The translations under genes were made by a program, and so were the position numbers. The notes under the pieces were generated by a model. That model worked only from the letters and a program-made list of their open reading frames with translations, searched no databases and was not told the DNA's origin. From Eledone cirrhosa (lineage: Eukaryota): DNA of 64,000 nucleotides. This document shows positions 27,901-39,301 of this stretch, one piece after another; position 1 is the stretch's first letter; each line of letters begins with the position of its first letter. Where the stretch lies: positions 291,524,001 through 291,588,000 of the forward strand of contig OZ024742.1 in assembly GCA_964016885.1 (NCBI GenBank). Direction: 5' to 3'.

Positions 27901-28223
27901 GTCTGAAAGTTCCACTTTCACTACCATTCACGTCCACGACCACCAGGCTGCCCTCTGGGTCCAAGTGAATCATCTGTACTTTGAGATCTAAGTTTTTTCG
28001 AAACAGAACAGCAACTCCTCCTCCACCTCCTGGCTGACAGAGAGATGCGTAGATCTCAAAATCATATAACATAGGGGTTAGCTGCTGCTTGTCGTGAATT
28101 CTGGACTCGGTGATGGCTATCACATCTATACAATGTGACCTGAGATCATTTAAAAACTGGCCTTGTTTCCAGGGCATGCCCAGGCGACATACATTCAAAC
28201 ATCCAACTTGTATAGTCGCCTTG
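24961..28223 (-). pseudogene. Tx1 ORF2: APE endonuclease, reverse transcriptase and C-terminal zinc finger, disrupted
   Basis: GCLNV..DVIAITE..GGVAVLF..VIYAP..LAGD (APE); KSPGLDGLPYEFY, FRSITLLNTESKIFAK, QGCPLS (RT); CPRCKQDIETILHAIVQC. Confidence 0.93.
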
Positions 28224-28332
28224 TTGATGAAGAAGAGTTAAGGAGACTAAAGGCAGGAACACTTACCTTTTCGTCTCCTGGAGGTCAGGTTGTTCGATCT
28301 CCATGTCCAGATTGGGGAGGGAGGGAATCCTT

Positions 28333-30068
28333 TTAGCAGGACACGGTTAAGGGGTTTTTGGCATCATGTGGGAAGTTCCCTTTTAAAGTTTCGTACTGTA
28401 GGGTTGTTACCCTGATAAGTTTGAGGTTTGGGGGTGGGGAAGGTTTTCCCTTCCGTTTGTATTGTGGGGTCCTTTTGGACAGTTTCCACCAGTTCTTTGT
28501 TTCTTGTTTTTATGTATGTGTAATGTGTTTTGTTTTTTATGTGTACTGTTTCTGTTTGTAGTTTTCTTTTTGTGGTTGGGGTTTGTGATTGTGGTGGTGT
28601 GGGTGTTTGTTTTGTTGGTGAAGTGTCTGGTTGTGTTGTTGGTGTGGTTGTCGTTTATGGCAGTATGTTTATGTCAGTGTTGGATGTGTGCGTGTTTTCA
28701 ATTGATGTTTTTGTTGTATTTTTCTGTCTTTTTTGCTTTTTGGATTTTTGGGGTTCCACTTCATCCTCACTTGGAGATATTGAGGTTCCTGTGTCTAAGG
28801 TGTTATCATTGTGGCTAGGTGGGAGGGATATCTTGTGTGGTGGTGGAGTATTTGTGTGTGTGTTTGTGGGAGTGTTGGACAGAGGGGGACGGGGTGGGAC
28901 AGAGTTCTTCATAGGAATTGTTGGTGTGTCTTTTGTGGTTTATGATGGTTGGGTGAATGTTGATTGTTTGGGGGTTGTGTTTTTTGTTTTCGGCTGTGTC
29001 TGTTGTTTTGGGGTTGGCAACAACGCCTTCTTTTGTTTTTCCACATCCAGCATTGGGCAAAATGCTTTTAAATGTGTGTTTTTTTCACATTTCAAACATT
29101 GTGGTCTTTTGCCCTCCACTGCGATGTGTACAACATGGCTATCATCCACCGGCACCCTTTCCGGTATTTTTTCAATCCTCTCTGGTTTCATTTGAACCCA
29201 AAGCTCCATTGAGGTCCCGTTCCAGTTCTGTCGGATTGATTTTTTTACAGAGAGTAGGTTGTCTTCACCCTCCTCCAAAAAACCACCCAGAATCCACCAA
29301 ATGTTGGTATTCGGTGGAATCTGGGAGATCCTTATTTTATGGGTTCTTCCCATGTATGTTGGGAAGATGTGTTGGCTCATTCTAATTGGAGCCACTGAAT
29401 ATTTCTGGGCAAGGGCCTCGCTTTTAAAGAGCACCGAGATGCTCCCATACAGCTTGGCCCTCTGCAGGTAAGCGATGTCTGGCATTGCCTCCTTTAGTGC
29501 GGTTTCCACCATGCTATTGCTTAAAGCCATAGGTTTCTTGGTTTGTGAGCAGATCGTCCGGAAGAAAATTGTTTTTCTTAAGGTCACGGCCCTAATTTCC
29601 GCTGGGGTACTTATTCGAAAGCAGTTACCTTCAAAAGTTTTATGTTGCGCAGCATCCTTTAGGTGCTGCGCTTGGTTTGACAGACTTATTTCTATAAACT
29701 CTGTCTCTTTGACAAGGCTTTCTGCAAACGTTTTTTTTTTTTTTGTGTTTGGTTATTTTCGTTTGTGTTGGAGTTGTTTTTTTTGTTCTTGTTATTGTTG
29801 TTGTCTTCGTTGTTGTTTTCATTCATAGCATTGTTGTTGTTGTTGTTGCCGGTGGTGCTTGTTGTGTTGTTTTTGTTCATGGTTTCACACTTTTGGTTTT
29901 GGTGTGGGTCAGCGGGTGGAGAAAATCCTTCTTCTGTCTGACCTTTGTCTAAGACATCTGCTACTATGATAGTGGAAGGGGGAAGCTGTAAGCATATCTT
30001 CCCTTTTCTTCCTTTGAATGTTGGTGAAGAAGTTGTTGCTTCAGCCAAAACTTTTTTTTTTTTTTCAT
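28333..30068 (-). pseudogene. Tx1 ORF1 gag-like protein, frameshifted
   Basis: CLKCEKNTHLKAFC is a CX2CX4HX4C knuckle; the ATG at 30068 is followed by an A14 run that breaks the frame. Confidence 0.8.
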
Positions 30069-30325
30069 TGAACTATTTCGCCTAAAGGCGTAGAATATTT
30101 TGAGAGACTGACCAGATCAAAATTTGACCTGGCAGTCCCTCTACAAATTGGTATAAAAATGAAGGCTCACAGTCAAGAACTTCTATAAAAATTTAAGCAG
30201 AACTTACCCAGCAAGTTTCACACCTGTGTCCATCCCAGATAGATAGATATGTAAAATCCTAACTGCAGTACCAACTGGTTTCGGCTTGTGTGACACACTA
30301 TCATAACTTCTTAATTGGCAGTAAA

Positions 30326-30520
30326 GGCAGTGGATTGGCAGTATCAGTAGAGCGTCGGGCACCATGCTTTGCAACATGGATTTATGGCTCTTTACATTCT
30401 GAGTTCAAACCCTGCCGAGGTTAACTTTGCCTTTCATCCTTATGGGGTCGATAAAATAGAGCACCAGTAATGCACTGGGGTATTTGCTCATCTTGTGCCA
30501 AAAAGTAGAAACAATTATTA
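30326..30520 (+). mobile_element. SINE S1
   Basis: A and B boxes and the same body and tail as the 49416 copy. Confidence 0.9.
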
Positions 30521-30879
30521 CTCTCATTCTATCATTTCCACCATTAGTACTGGTGATTAATTTGTTATAAGCTGAAATTATTAATATTAAGAGAATATTT
30601 TTATGAAGAAATATTGGATAAATCATGTAGTAACAACTATGGAGTGTATTGAAGAACCACATAAACCATGTCACTGTACATGCTGATATGTCTTAGTAAT
30701 ATGGCAATTAATTATTTCATGTAGTGCCAAAAGACATACCTAAATCATATTTTCTTGTAAGATATCTTTTATATCCAGTAGACAGTCCCTTCAATAAGAG
30801 AATGATTACTGTTGCTGTCCTGGAGGTTCTATGTTAAAGTGTTTGTATTTATCTAAAAACATTTTTAAAATCTGTCTCA

Positions 30880-30990
30880 AACCCGGTGGCTCATCAAGCC
30901 AGTGCTTATCCTGATTTCCATGGCATTAAGCAACTGAAAGTACGAAATTTCCCCTTGGATAGGATGCCAGTCTATCGCAGGGTTAAGCCA
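30880..30990 (-). mobile_element. SINE central/3' domain fragment; related copy at 33165-33275 (+)
   Basis: ccctgcgatagactggcatcctatccaagggg...cagttgcttaatgccatggaaa motif. Confidence 0.6.
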
Positions 30991-31109
30991 CTGGTACGCA
31001 TTTTTAGTTAAGTATGTAATAACCTTTGTTATATTATGATTCAAACACCAGCTTAATAATGACAGCATTTACTTGTCAAGTTGGCATCATTTAGATATAT
31101 ATATATATA

Positions 31110-31680
31110 TTATTACTGTTATATGCTTGTTCAATTATGACCAAAATTCGGGGATTTTATTTAAACCTTCTCGCTAATTACCCCATAGATTATTTTATAA
31201 ACTTCTCGTTTGTTTAATTATGGTCAAAATTCTAGGATTTTATAAAATAGCCTTCCTGCTCCCTCCTATTCTTTACCCCCACCCCCTATATATCGTATAC
31301 ACGCCTGCTGGTTCTCTCTCTTAATCCCTTCCTTCTCTCTCCAAATATAAAATAAACCTGTTGCGAGGTACGAAACTCAGAATTTGTCAATCCCTTATTA
31401 CTGGCCAGACTGCTCGCTCCTCTGTGAAATGTAATGTACAATGCCATTTTTTTTTCTCTTCTCTCCATTTTCCCCCGGTCCATTCATCTATCTGTATCAT
31501 CGTCCAGAATCCAATCTTTGCTTTTTTTTCAATGCTATTCTATAATTCTGTCTGATTGTTCAAAATAATCTTCTTGTATTTTAAAATCCCATAATTCTTC
31601 TCTTATTACTGTTATATGCTTGTTCAATTATGCCCAAAATTTGAGGATTTTATTTAAACCTTCTCGCTAACTACCCCATA
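31110..31680. repeat. ~75-bp direct repeats about 495 bp apart
   Basis: tattactgttatatgcttgttcaattatg..ccaaaatt...ttctcgctaa.taccccata at ~31111 and ~31604. Confidence 0.85.
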
Positions 31681-31719
31681 CCCCTCCCATCCGCCCCCAC
31701 GCCACCATTATTACTAGGA

Positions 31720-33146
31720 CCAATCATAAGTCAGCGGCCTATGCTATCACTTCTTAAGTTTAGACCTGGTTGCCTTTCAATATGATGGATGGACTACAGA
31801 ATTCTGGAGAGTCTGAAAAATCTTGACACTCAGTGACAATGCCAAAGATAAAGACAAATTCACCTCATGCTGCCGGACGAAAATGCAAGGACTCCTCTTC
31901 TTTATTTCGGCCGCGGATGGCCAGCATAACATAGTCCATCCCCCTCACCCTTCCCTGTGCCCCACCGTTCCCACCCACCGAACGCAATCCAAAACTTCAA
32001 AGGTCGCTCTAACGAGGTTGTAGAAATGCTTGAGCGTAAGGAGGTTGATGTTTGCTGTATCCAAGAGACCAGGAGGAGGGGTGGGTCTGCTAGATTCATT
32101 GTGGGTAAAAAAACGATGCTATAAGCTTTTCTGGGTGGGAAATGACAATGGGCTGGGTGGAGTAGGAATCATGCTAGCTGAAAAATAGTGGACACCTTCC
32201 GTTACCTGGGTGACAAAATCAGCAGTGGTGGAGGGTGCTCTGAAAGTACAGTAGCTAGAGTCAGAACGAGATGGAAAAAGTTCAAAGAGCTTATACCACT
32301 ATTGGCTGCTAAAGGTTTCTCTCTAAAAATGAAAGGCAGACTGTATGATGCCTGCATACGAACAGCAATGTTACATGGCAGTGAGACTTGGGCATTGTGT
32401 GCAGAGGATATACGCAGACTGGAGAGGAATGAAGCTTGCATGCTCCGTTGGATGTGTAATAGTAATATACGTGAACGGCAAAGCATAAATGAACTAAGTG
32501 AGAAATTAGGAATAAGAGGGATCAGATGCTGTTTACTCGAGAGAAGACTATGTTGGTATGGTCACTTGATGCGCATGAAAGATGACAGCTGTATAAAAAA
32601 GTGCAGGGCAATAAAAATAGACGGTAGCCATGGAGTAGGCAGACCCAGAAAAACCTGGGATGACTTGATAAATTCCGACCTCACACACTTACACCTCTCC
32701 AAGACAATGTCACTGGACCAAGATCTTTGGCGCTACGCAGTAATACAGAAGACCCGCCTTGCCTAAGTGCAAAGCGAAACCTACAGTCAGTAGGCACCTC
32801 TTACCAAAATACACCCCCGTCCCACTACCTCTACCCTATCCCCCCCCTTTCAATGTAAAGTTATGTTGGTACCACAACATCCAGTCCTAAATAAATGAGG
32901 TCGTGTAGGTGTTACGACAAAAAAACACACAGTCCACGCTGTAATCTGGCCGTGTAGGTAACACGGTAAAAACCTCCCAGTCCACACTGTAAACGTGGTT
33001 GGTGTTAGGAAGGGCATCCAGCCGTAGAAAACCAGCCAGACAGTCCTATATGAGCAAGACAACCAATCTTGCCTCAAGTGGGAAAATTCCCATCCAAACC
33101 CATGCTAGTGTGGAAGATGGACGTTAAACGATGATGATGATGATGA
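31720..33146 (+). mobile_element. RTE subfamily B, internally deleted (5' UTR and APE N-terminus joined to RT C-terminus)
   Basis: KGRSNEVVEMLERKEVDVCCIQET..GGVGIMLAEK joined to VDTFRYLGDKISSGGG..LHGSETW..WYGHLMR; (GAT)n tail; 5' boundary approximate. Confidence 0.88.
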
Positions 33147-33307
33147 TATATATATATATATATTGATGGACATGTTTTGTGTCCAGGGTGAAGTTTTGTA
33201 TTCTCAGTTGCTTAACGCCACAGAAACTGGGACAAACACTGGCCTGATGTGCCTCTAGACTTGAGATAGACTTTAGAAGAATATATATATATATATATAT
33301 ATATATA

Positions 33308-34439
33308 CTAGCATTAAAGCCCGGCGTTGCTCGGGGTCATTAAGTTAGCAAAGTTAGGTTGCACCACCCATTTTATGGCAGCACTTTTTTGTCTGCCAGG
33401 CACTGGGTGAATGACTTGCAGACCTGGAAGCAGGAGCTGCGCCAGCAGTGACAATTGTAGTTTTGCCTATGGATATTATCTCTGTGCAAAAAAGTGTTGA
33501 AATTTATTGTTTCACAGTACTTGCTCAACACGCGTGTAGACGATGCCAGCCGAACAACAGAGCTGCGATGGAGTTTTCTGCATGGTTGTCTGTGTGTTTT
33601 CTAAATTTAAGACAGTAGGGAGGGTTGTGATATGAGGGAGAGTTAGCTGTTGTTTCTAGCAGGTTTAGTGACCTCATAGAGGATGTGTTTTCTAAATTTA
33701 AGACAGTGGGGACTGGTGTGATATGGAGGAGAGTTAGCTGCTGTTTCTAGCAGGTTTAGTAACCTCATAGAGGATATGTGCTTTCTAAATTTAAGACAGT
33801 AAGGAGTGGTGTGATATGGGGGAGAGTTAGCTGCTGTTTCTAGCAGGTTTAGTGACCTCATAGAAGATATGTTTTCTAAATTTAAGACAGTAGGGAGGGG
33901 TGTGGTATGGGGGAGAGTTAGCTGCTGTTTCTAGCAGGTTTAGTGACCTCATAGAGGATATTATTGTTTATCATTATCTATAAAAGGCAGATTGTTGTTG
34001 TTGTTGTTGAAGTGAGTGTGTGTTTGTATGCGTTTGGAAAAGAGGTTTGCATTTGGAAATAAATCAGTAAGTTTGAAGTATAAAAGAGAAAGTAGCAAAA
34101 TGTGTGGGTTGTAGATAGAGGAAAGCAGATGATATGAGAGAGTAAAACGGACAGTATCACCATCAAGCTTGGAAAGAGAAAGTAGCAGAAAGTATGCAGT
34201 TGTATAGATTTTGAATGGTAGTGGAAAGAGTTTAGCAGTTTAAATGACAGAGAAAAATCGTAAAATATTGAGTTTTATCTATTTTTTGCGTAATTGTGGG
34301 TGAAATTGAAAAAATGAGATGTGCCAAGACTCAATCGAAACTATTTTGAATACTGAATTGTAAATTTCAATTGAAGAAATTCTATATCGTAGATTTCTAT
34401 AAGAAAGGAGCATGACCACACACTGAGCTTTATAGATTA

Positions 34440-34442
<3 letters not shown>
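33308..34442 (-). mobile_element. Non-autonomous Helitron H2 inserted in (TA)n
   Basis: Minus strand reads A|TCataatctataaag...cccgagcaacgccggg-ctttaatg-CTAG|T. Confidence 0.85.
33593..33965. repeat. Four 91-93-bp tandem units inside H2
   Basis: ctaaatttaagacag at 33601, 33692, 33785 and 33876. Confidence 0.95.
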
Positions 34443-34472
<30 letters not shown>

Positions 34473-35149
34473 CTGCCTTTGATCATGATTGACAAATGAT
34501 TTAACACATGGAAAGTACCTTTCCAAAGCACAAGTCTGGTTAAGATGTTTTTTAGAAGATCAGCAGTCACCCATGCATGCTAATCTCCCTTCTCCACAGC
34601 ATTCATTTTGCCCAAGGGAAAAGTGAAAACCAACGCAGCTTGGCACCAGTGTCATCTCAGTTCGTATATACATATTGTGTATATAGATGATTTATGATAT
34701 TGTCCAAGGGCACAACTAAGGCTGATACAGATTTGTATCGGTGTCATCGCAACTCACTTTTTTCAGTTGTGTGGACCTGACCAATGTGAAATAAACAGCC
34801 TTGCTCAAGGTAACATGTCATCTGGTCCAGGGTGGGGAAATCAAATTCATGATCTTGTGACCAAGATCTCAACACTGACCACTAAGCCACATATAGATAT
34901 GTATGTGTGTGTGTGTGTTAATGTTATGTTGTCATAGTTACTAGCAGCTACTACTATGTATGGCAGACAGCTCTGTCAGTTACTTTGACATATGTTCATT
35001 GTAAATTGCTTTTATTTGATATATTTAATGGTGAACATGACATGTGTGTCTGTGTTTGTGTATATATACATGTCATGTTGGTAACATTCATATATGTATG
35101 TGTATGTGTGTGTGTGTGTATATAAATATACATACATGCAGAGAGAGAG

Positions 35150-35292
35150 ATGGAAAATCCTGACTGCAGTGCCAAGCGATTTCGGCTTGTATGTTCAGCA
35201 AGCCTTTTCATGGGTGTAGTCAGGGATGCAAATCTCCATGCATCGAGTATTCCCATGATTAGTGGTCTCCTCGGTGTCAACACCGCAGACTC
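35150..35292 (-). mobile_element. Penelope-like repeat remnant with a decayed hammerhead fold
   Basis: Stem I cctgactaca/tgcagtcagg and stem II ggcttg/caagcc followed by GAAA; homologous pieces at ~23197-23296 and 30251-30290. Confidence 0.55.
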
Positions 35293-37165
35293 TCTCTCTT
35301 TCTCCCTTTCATATATTTATATATATATATAGCATTAGGAAGAGAATCCGGCCCCATAAACGAAACCAAAATACAGATATCTGTATGAGAGAGATGTGTG
35401 CCTTCTGACCTGACTTGCTTCATAACATGACAACCCATCTAACCCATGCAAGCATGAAAATAGATGTAAAACGATGATGATGATATATACACATATAATA
35501 TATACATGAGGGTGTTTGTAGTAGTGCTTACTTTCTAAGTGTAGAATTGACATAATAATTGGTAAAATTCCAATAGAGGGTCCTCGCTCTTTCAGCTGTC
35601 CTGCAAGCTGGCTGGATTTGAACTCCTTATTCCTAGTCAAAGTCCAGTAGGTGACCAACCTCCTCAGGGGAGGCAATCTTTTTATTTAGTTTATTCAGTG
35701 ACTTCTTTTGTCATTTCAAATTTATGAGTGCCATGGTCATTGTCACTATTACAATTACGGTACATAGTGTCCAGAATTAGTATCTAGTGAAGGTTGTGGC
35801 TATGTTCCAACAGGGCATAGAAAATTGGTAGTATTGTAGTTTCTCAAAGAGCTGCTAAGGGCTTGGTGTGTGAAGCTAAGCATGATCATGCCAGTATTTT
35901 AATTGTATTGTCAGTTTGTGTGTCCACTTTTCTTCTGGATGGATTTTATTGTAGCACCAACACTTCCACATTACAGAGTGTATTACATGCACTCTATCAT
36001 GGCACCAACACTACCACTTTACAGAGTGTATCATGTGTATTTTATTATGGCACTAACCCTAGAGAGATCATGTCCTTAACAGGCTTCTAAAAGGGTCTTT
36101 GTTGCTTAATTTTGTTGAAGATAAAGAATAATATTGTGTAAAAATAAAGTTTCATGTAAATTGATAGGAGGATATTAATATAATATTAAAAGGATATCAC
36201 CTAAGTCTTTTAATTGCAAACTACCTATAACTGCTGCTTATTCTATAATATAAAACTGTATATTCTAAAGTGCTTATATATATCTAAAAGACTTCCATCA
36301 CAATTTATATAAGAATTTTTGTTAAGTTATGTTCCAAACACCTGAGTAATAAGAAAATGAGCTTTATCATTAAATCCCTTCAAATTCTTGATTATTTTCA
36401 ATATTATTTGAAAGTCACAGACTGTAACTTTCATTAGGAATATAATAATAAAATGTTTAAAGTGTTTATATTTATCTATCATAAAAACCTTCCATCATGA
36501 TTTAATGTAAGAACCTTTGTTAACTTATGTTCAAAACACTAACTTAATATTTTGAAAGTTAAATTACTCTAAACCATTACTAAATCACTCTAAATTATTG
36601 ATTAAATCTCAAGTACAGACCAATATTAGCAATTTCCCTCATAATAATCTCCCACACTTCATTCCAACCTCCTTTCTTCCATGTCTTGATATCATTAAGT
36701 AAGACTTATTGTTTACAACTACAATATTAAATCTTTTAAAGTAATACCAAATTTCAGTTTACAAATAAAAACTAATTCATGCTAATATCTGAAACACATT
36801 TTCATTTAATGAAAGTAACTTAATAAGATTTGGTTCACCATAGCAGTAAAGATGGGTTTTTTTAAATGTTTGTCTATCTTTTCTATTTGAGCAGCTTAAA
36901 TAGAAAGTAGTTTTAACTCTTTTGATACCAAACCACTTATGGCTTTGTGATACAAAGATTTTTTATTTTAAATTGTTTATATTTATCTAAATACCTTCCA
37001 TTTCAATTGTATATAGGAACATTTTTAAGTTCCAAACACCAGCTTAATAACGAGAAAGTTAGTTATATTGCTAAATCCCTCCAAATTATTGATTATTTTC
37101 AAAATGATTTAAAAACCATAGGCATAGAAATATAGTAATAAATGGGTTAAATTTGTTGTTTTTAA

Positions 37166-37384
37166 CCCTTTAGCATTTACATTACTCTATATTTACTATT
37201 ATATTTTTGTGCTAAAGGCTTTACCTCACATAATTATCTCATACAATATTGAATCTATGAGATGTTGATATTTATTTTGAGAACAATACCTCAACATCAG
37301 TATGAGTGGCCAGTTACAGCCAGTTTGAACAGAAAGAGGTGAGAGAATTCTGGCTGGATATGGCCAGTTTTAAATGCTAAAGAG
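37166..37384. mobile_element. TTAA MITE family 2, complete copy
   Basis: TTAA-ccctttagcattta...taaatgctaaagag-TTAA (TIRs plus TTAA TSD). Confidence 0.88.
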
Positions 37385-38687
37385 TTAAAGAACAGATAAA
37401 TAATCATAGTCCTTCAGGTGACCTGGTCGGAGACCATCAGCACCTCTGCTGCTGTTAGCTAGGAAGGATTTTTTCCTTACACAAGTGTTTATTATCAAAG
37501 AAGTTATAGGAGTCAATTGTCAGATTGGTCCCCAATATCTATGTCTCCATTGGTGCTTCCATTGCTGATATAATCTGTCAGTTGTGACTTCTTGCAGAAG
37601 GAGAGGATTTTGAATCAGAATGCACAGAGCTACATTAGATAATGTAAACCATCCTGTCTGACTAATTAACAATTCTGCCAACAAACCACTTTTGGACTAC
37701 CACTTTCTTCATTGACTTCAAATGGATGAAAAACAAAGTTAACTCCAGCGAGATTTGAACTCAGAATGCAAAGAGCCAGAACAAATGTTGAGGCATTTAA
37801 TCCAATGCCCTAATGACTCTGCCAGTTCACATCAAAAACTGTGTTTAACATGAACTACAACTTTGTCAGTACATGAAATCTAAATTAAAAATTCCTTCCC
37901 TCTCATCTCTGGATGTTCAACAGTTGTTAGGACAGCAATGTTGTTCTTATTGTAATAGTAATATTTTGTCTAATATAGAAAACTGAAGTGGGAATAAAAT
38001 GTGGTGTGTCAAAATAAATGACCATGAATCTTCCTTTATTGTTTACAGCTTGTTCAGAACAAAGCTTTCCTTATGTCCTCTTATTACTATATTTCTAATA
38101 AAAGACACTGCCTATAATTTTCAAATAATTTTGAAAATTATCAAGAATTTGCAGTGGTTTAATAATATAACTTTCTTATTTTTAAGCTTGTGTTTGGTAC
38201 GTAACAAAACTTCTTACATAAAACTATGATGGTAAATTTTTAGATAAATGTAAACACTTTGACCCTTTTGTTATCATATTTCTAATGAAAGACATGGCCT
38301 ATGATTTTCAAATTATTTGGCAAATAATAAAAAATTTGAAGGGATTTAATAGTAGTAATATAACTAGCTTTCTTATTATTAAGCTTTGTGTTTGGAACAT
38401 AACAAATGTTCTAAAATAAAATTATGATAGAAGGTTTTTAATCCTTTAGCATTTGCATTAATTTTCAAATGTCATGCTTATCTGTTCGCATTATTTTGAG
38501 TTAATCATACTCAAGAGGGTTATCAATTTTATTTGTTTGTAATTTTCTTAATTTCCTATGTGCAGGCTTGAAATTTTGTCAGATGTTTAAATATCAATAA
38601 TTTACAATTATATAATTTTACCTGATTTTTTTTGGTCAAATTTGACTTTTATGGGCAGGTGAAATTAATTAATAAGGGCATTTGAAG

Positions 38688-39301
38688 TATCAACCAGGTG
38701 CAAATACTGGTTTAATTTTAAATACGTTGTTTTCGGCATAATACTTGATATATAAGGGTCACTAAACATTATATCAGTGCTCCAGTAATTCCAGTCTTGG
38801 AAATTGTTTTATATCGAACATAATATTTACAGTATAAAATGCTTGCATTTCCGCAGCATCTGTCGGTCGCCAAACAGATCGGGTTTTCCTTGATTTGAAA
38901 TCTGTTGTTGGGCATATCGATTAATCTCTTCTGCCACAACTTCGAAGAAAGTTTGTGGTAAAAACAAAAAGAAATAATCCAGTGCTTTAGCATCGGGAGC
39001 TCATGTGTGTTGTGGACCAGTATTTTCAATAAAAGCGGGAACATATGTGGTATTTTTCAATAAAATCGGGAACATGTGTGGTATTTTTCAACCACGTTGC
39101 TGTAATATTTTCAATGGCGTCCTGGAGATCTCCTTCGTTTTCACTTTCAAAACAACAATCATCGTCGGATGAAATTTCAGAAATGTAAACATCTGATTCA
39201 TTTGAAGATAAATCACTAATATTATCTTTTGTTTCTTGTTCATTCTGAATGTTGTCGTGTGTAAAACCTTCAAAGTCGGTATCGCTACTTTCACAAGCCA
39301 T
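38688..39301 (-). pseudogene. piggyBac (PGBD-like) transposase N-terminal fragment
   Basis: Acidic N-terminus, then DYFFLFLPQTFFEVVAEEINRYA...WRPTDAAEMQAF...YWSTD...IMPKTTYLKLNQYLHLVD across a stop and frameshifts. Confidence 0.82.

Larger units (their letters stand above)
24710..30236 (-). mobile_element. Near full-length L1/Tx1-clade non-LTR retrotransposon, inactive
   Basis: ORF1 with zinc knuckle, ORF2 with APE, RT and CCHC domains, (AAAG)n 3' tail; multiple stops and frameshifts. Confidence 0.93.

Noticed and set aside
28221-28267. Mini-intron joining the short MEIEQP.. ORF to Tx1 ORF2
   Set aside because: Splicing gives an out-of-frame product; a mutated ATG (AAG) explains the missing start more simply
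29455-29475. Third CAG|GTAAG site on the + strand
   Set aside because: Weak pyrimidine tract, and it lies in the antisense of Tx1 ORF1 coding sequence
28358-29952. Plus-strand Val/Phe/Cys-rich ORFs resembling membrane proteins
   Set aside because: Antisense shadows of the A/C-rich Tx1 ORF1
33593-33965. CRISPR-like regular repeats
   Set aside because: No unique spacers, eukaryotic context and no cas genes; it is a plain tandem repeat
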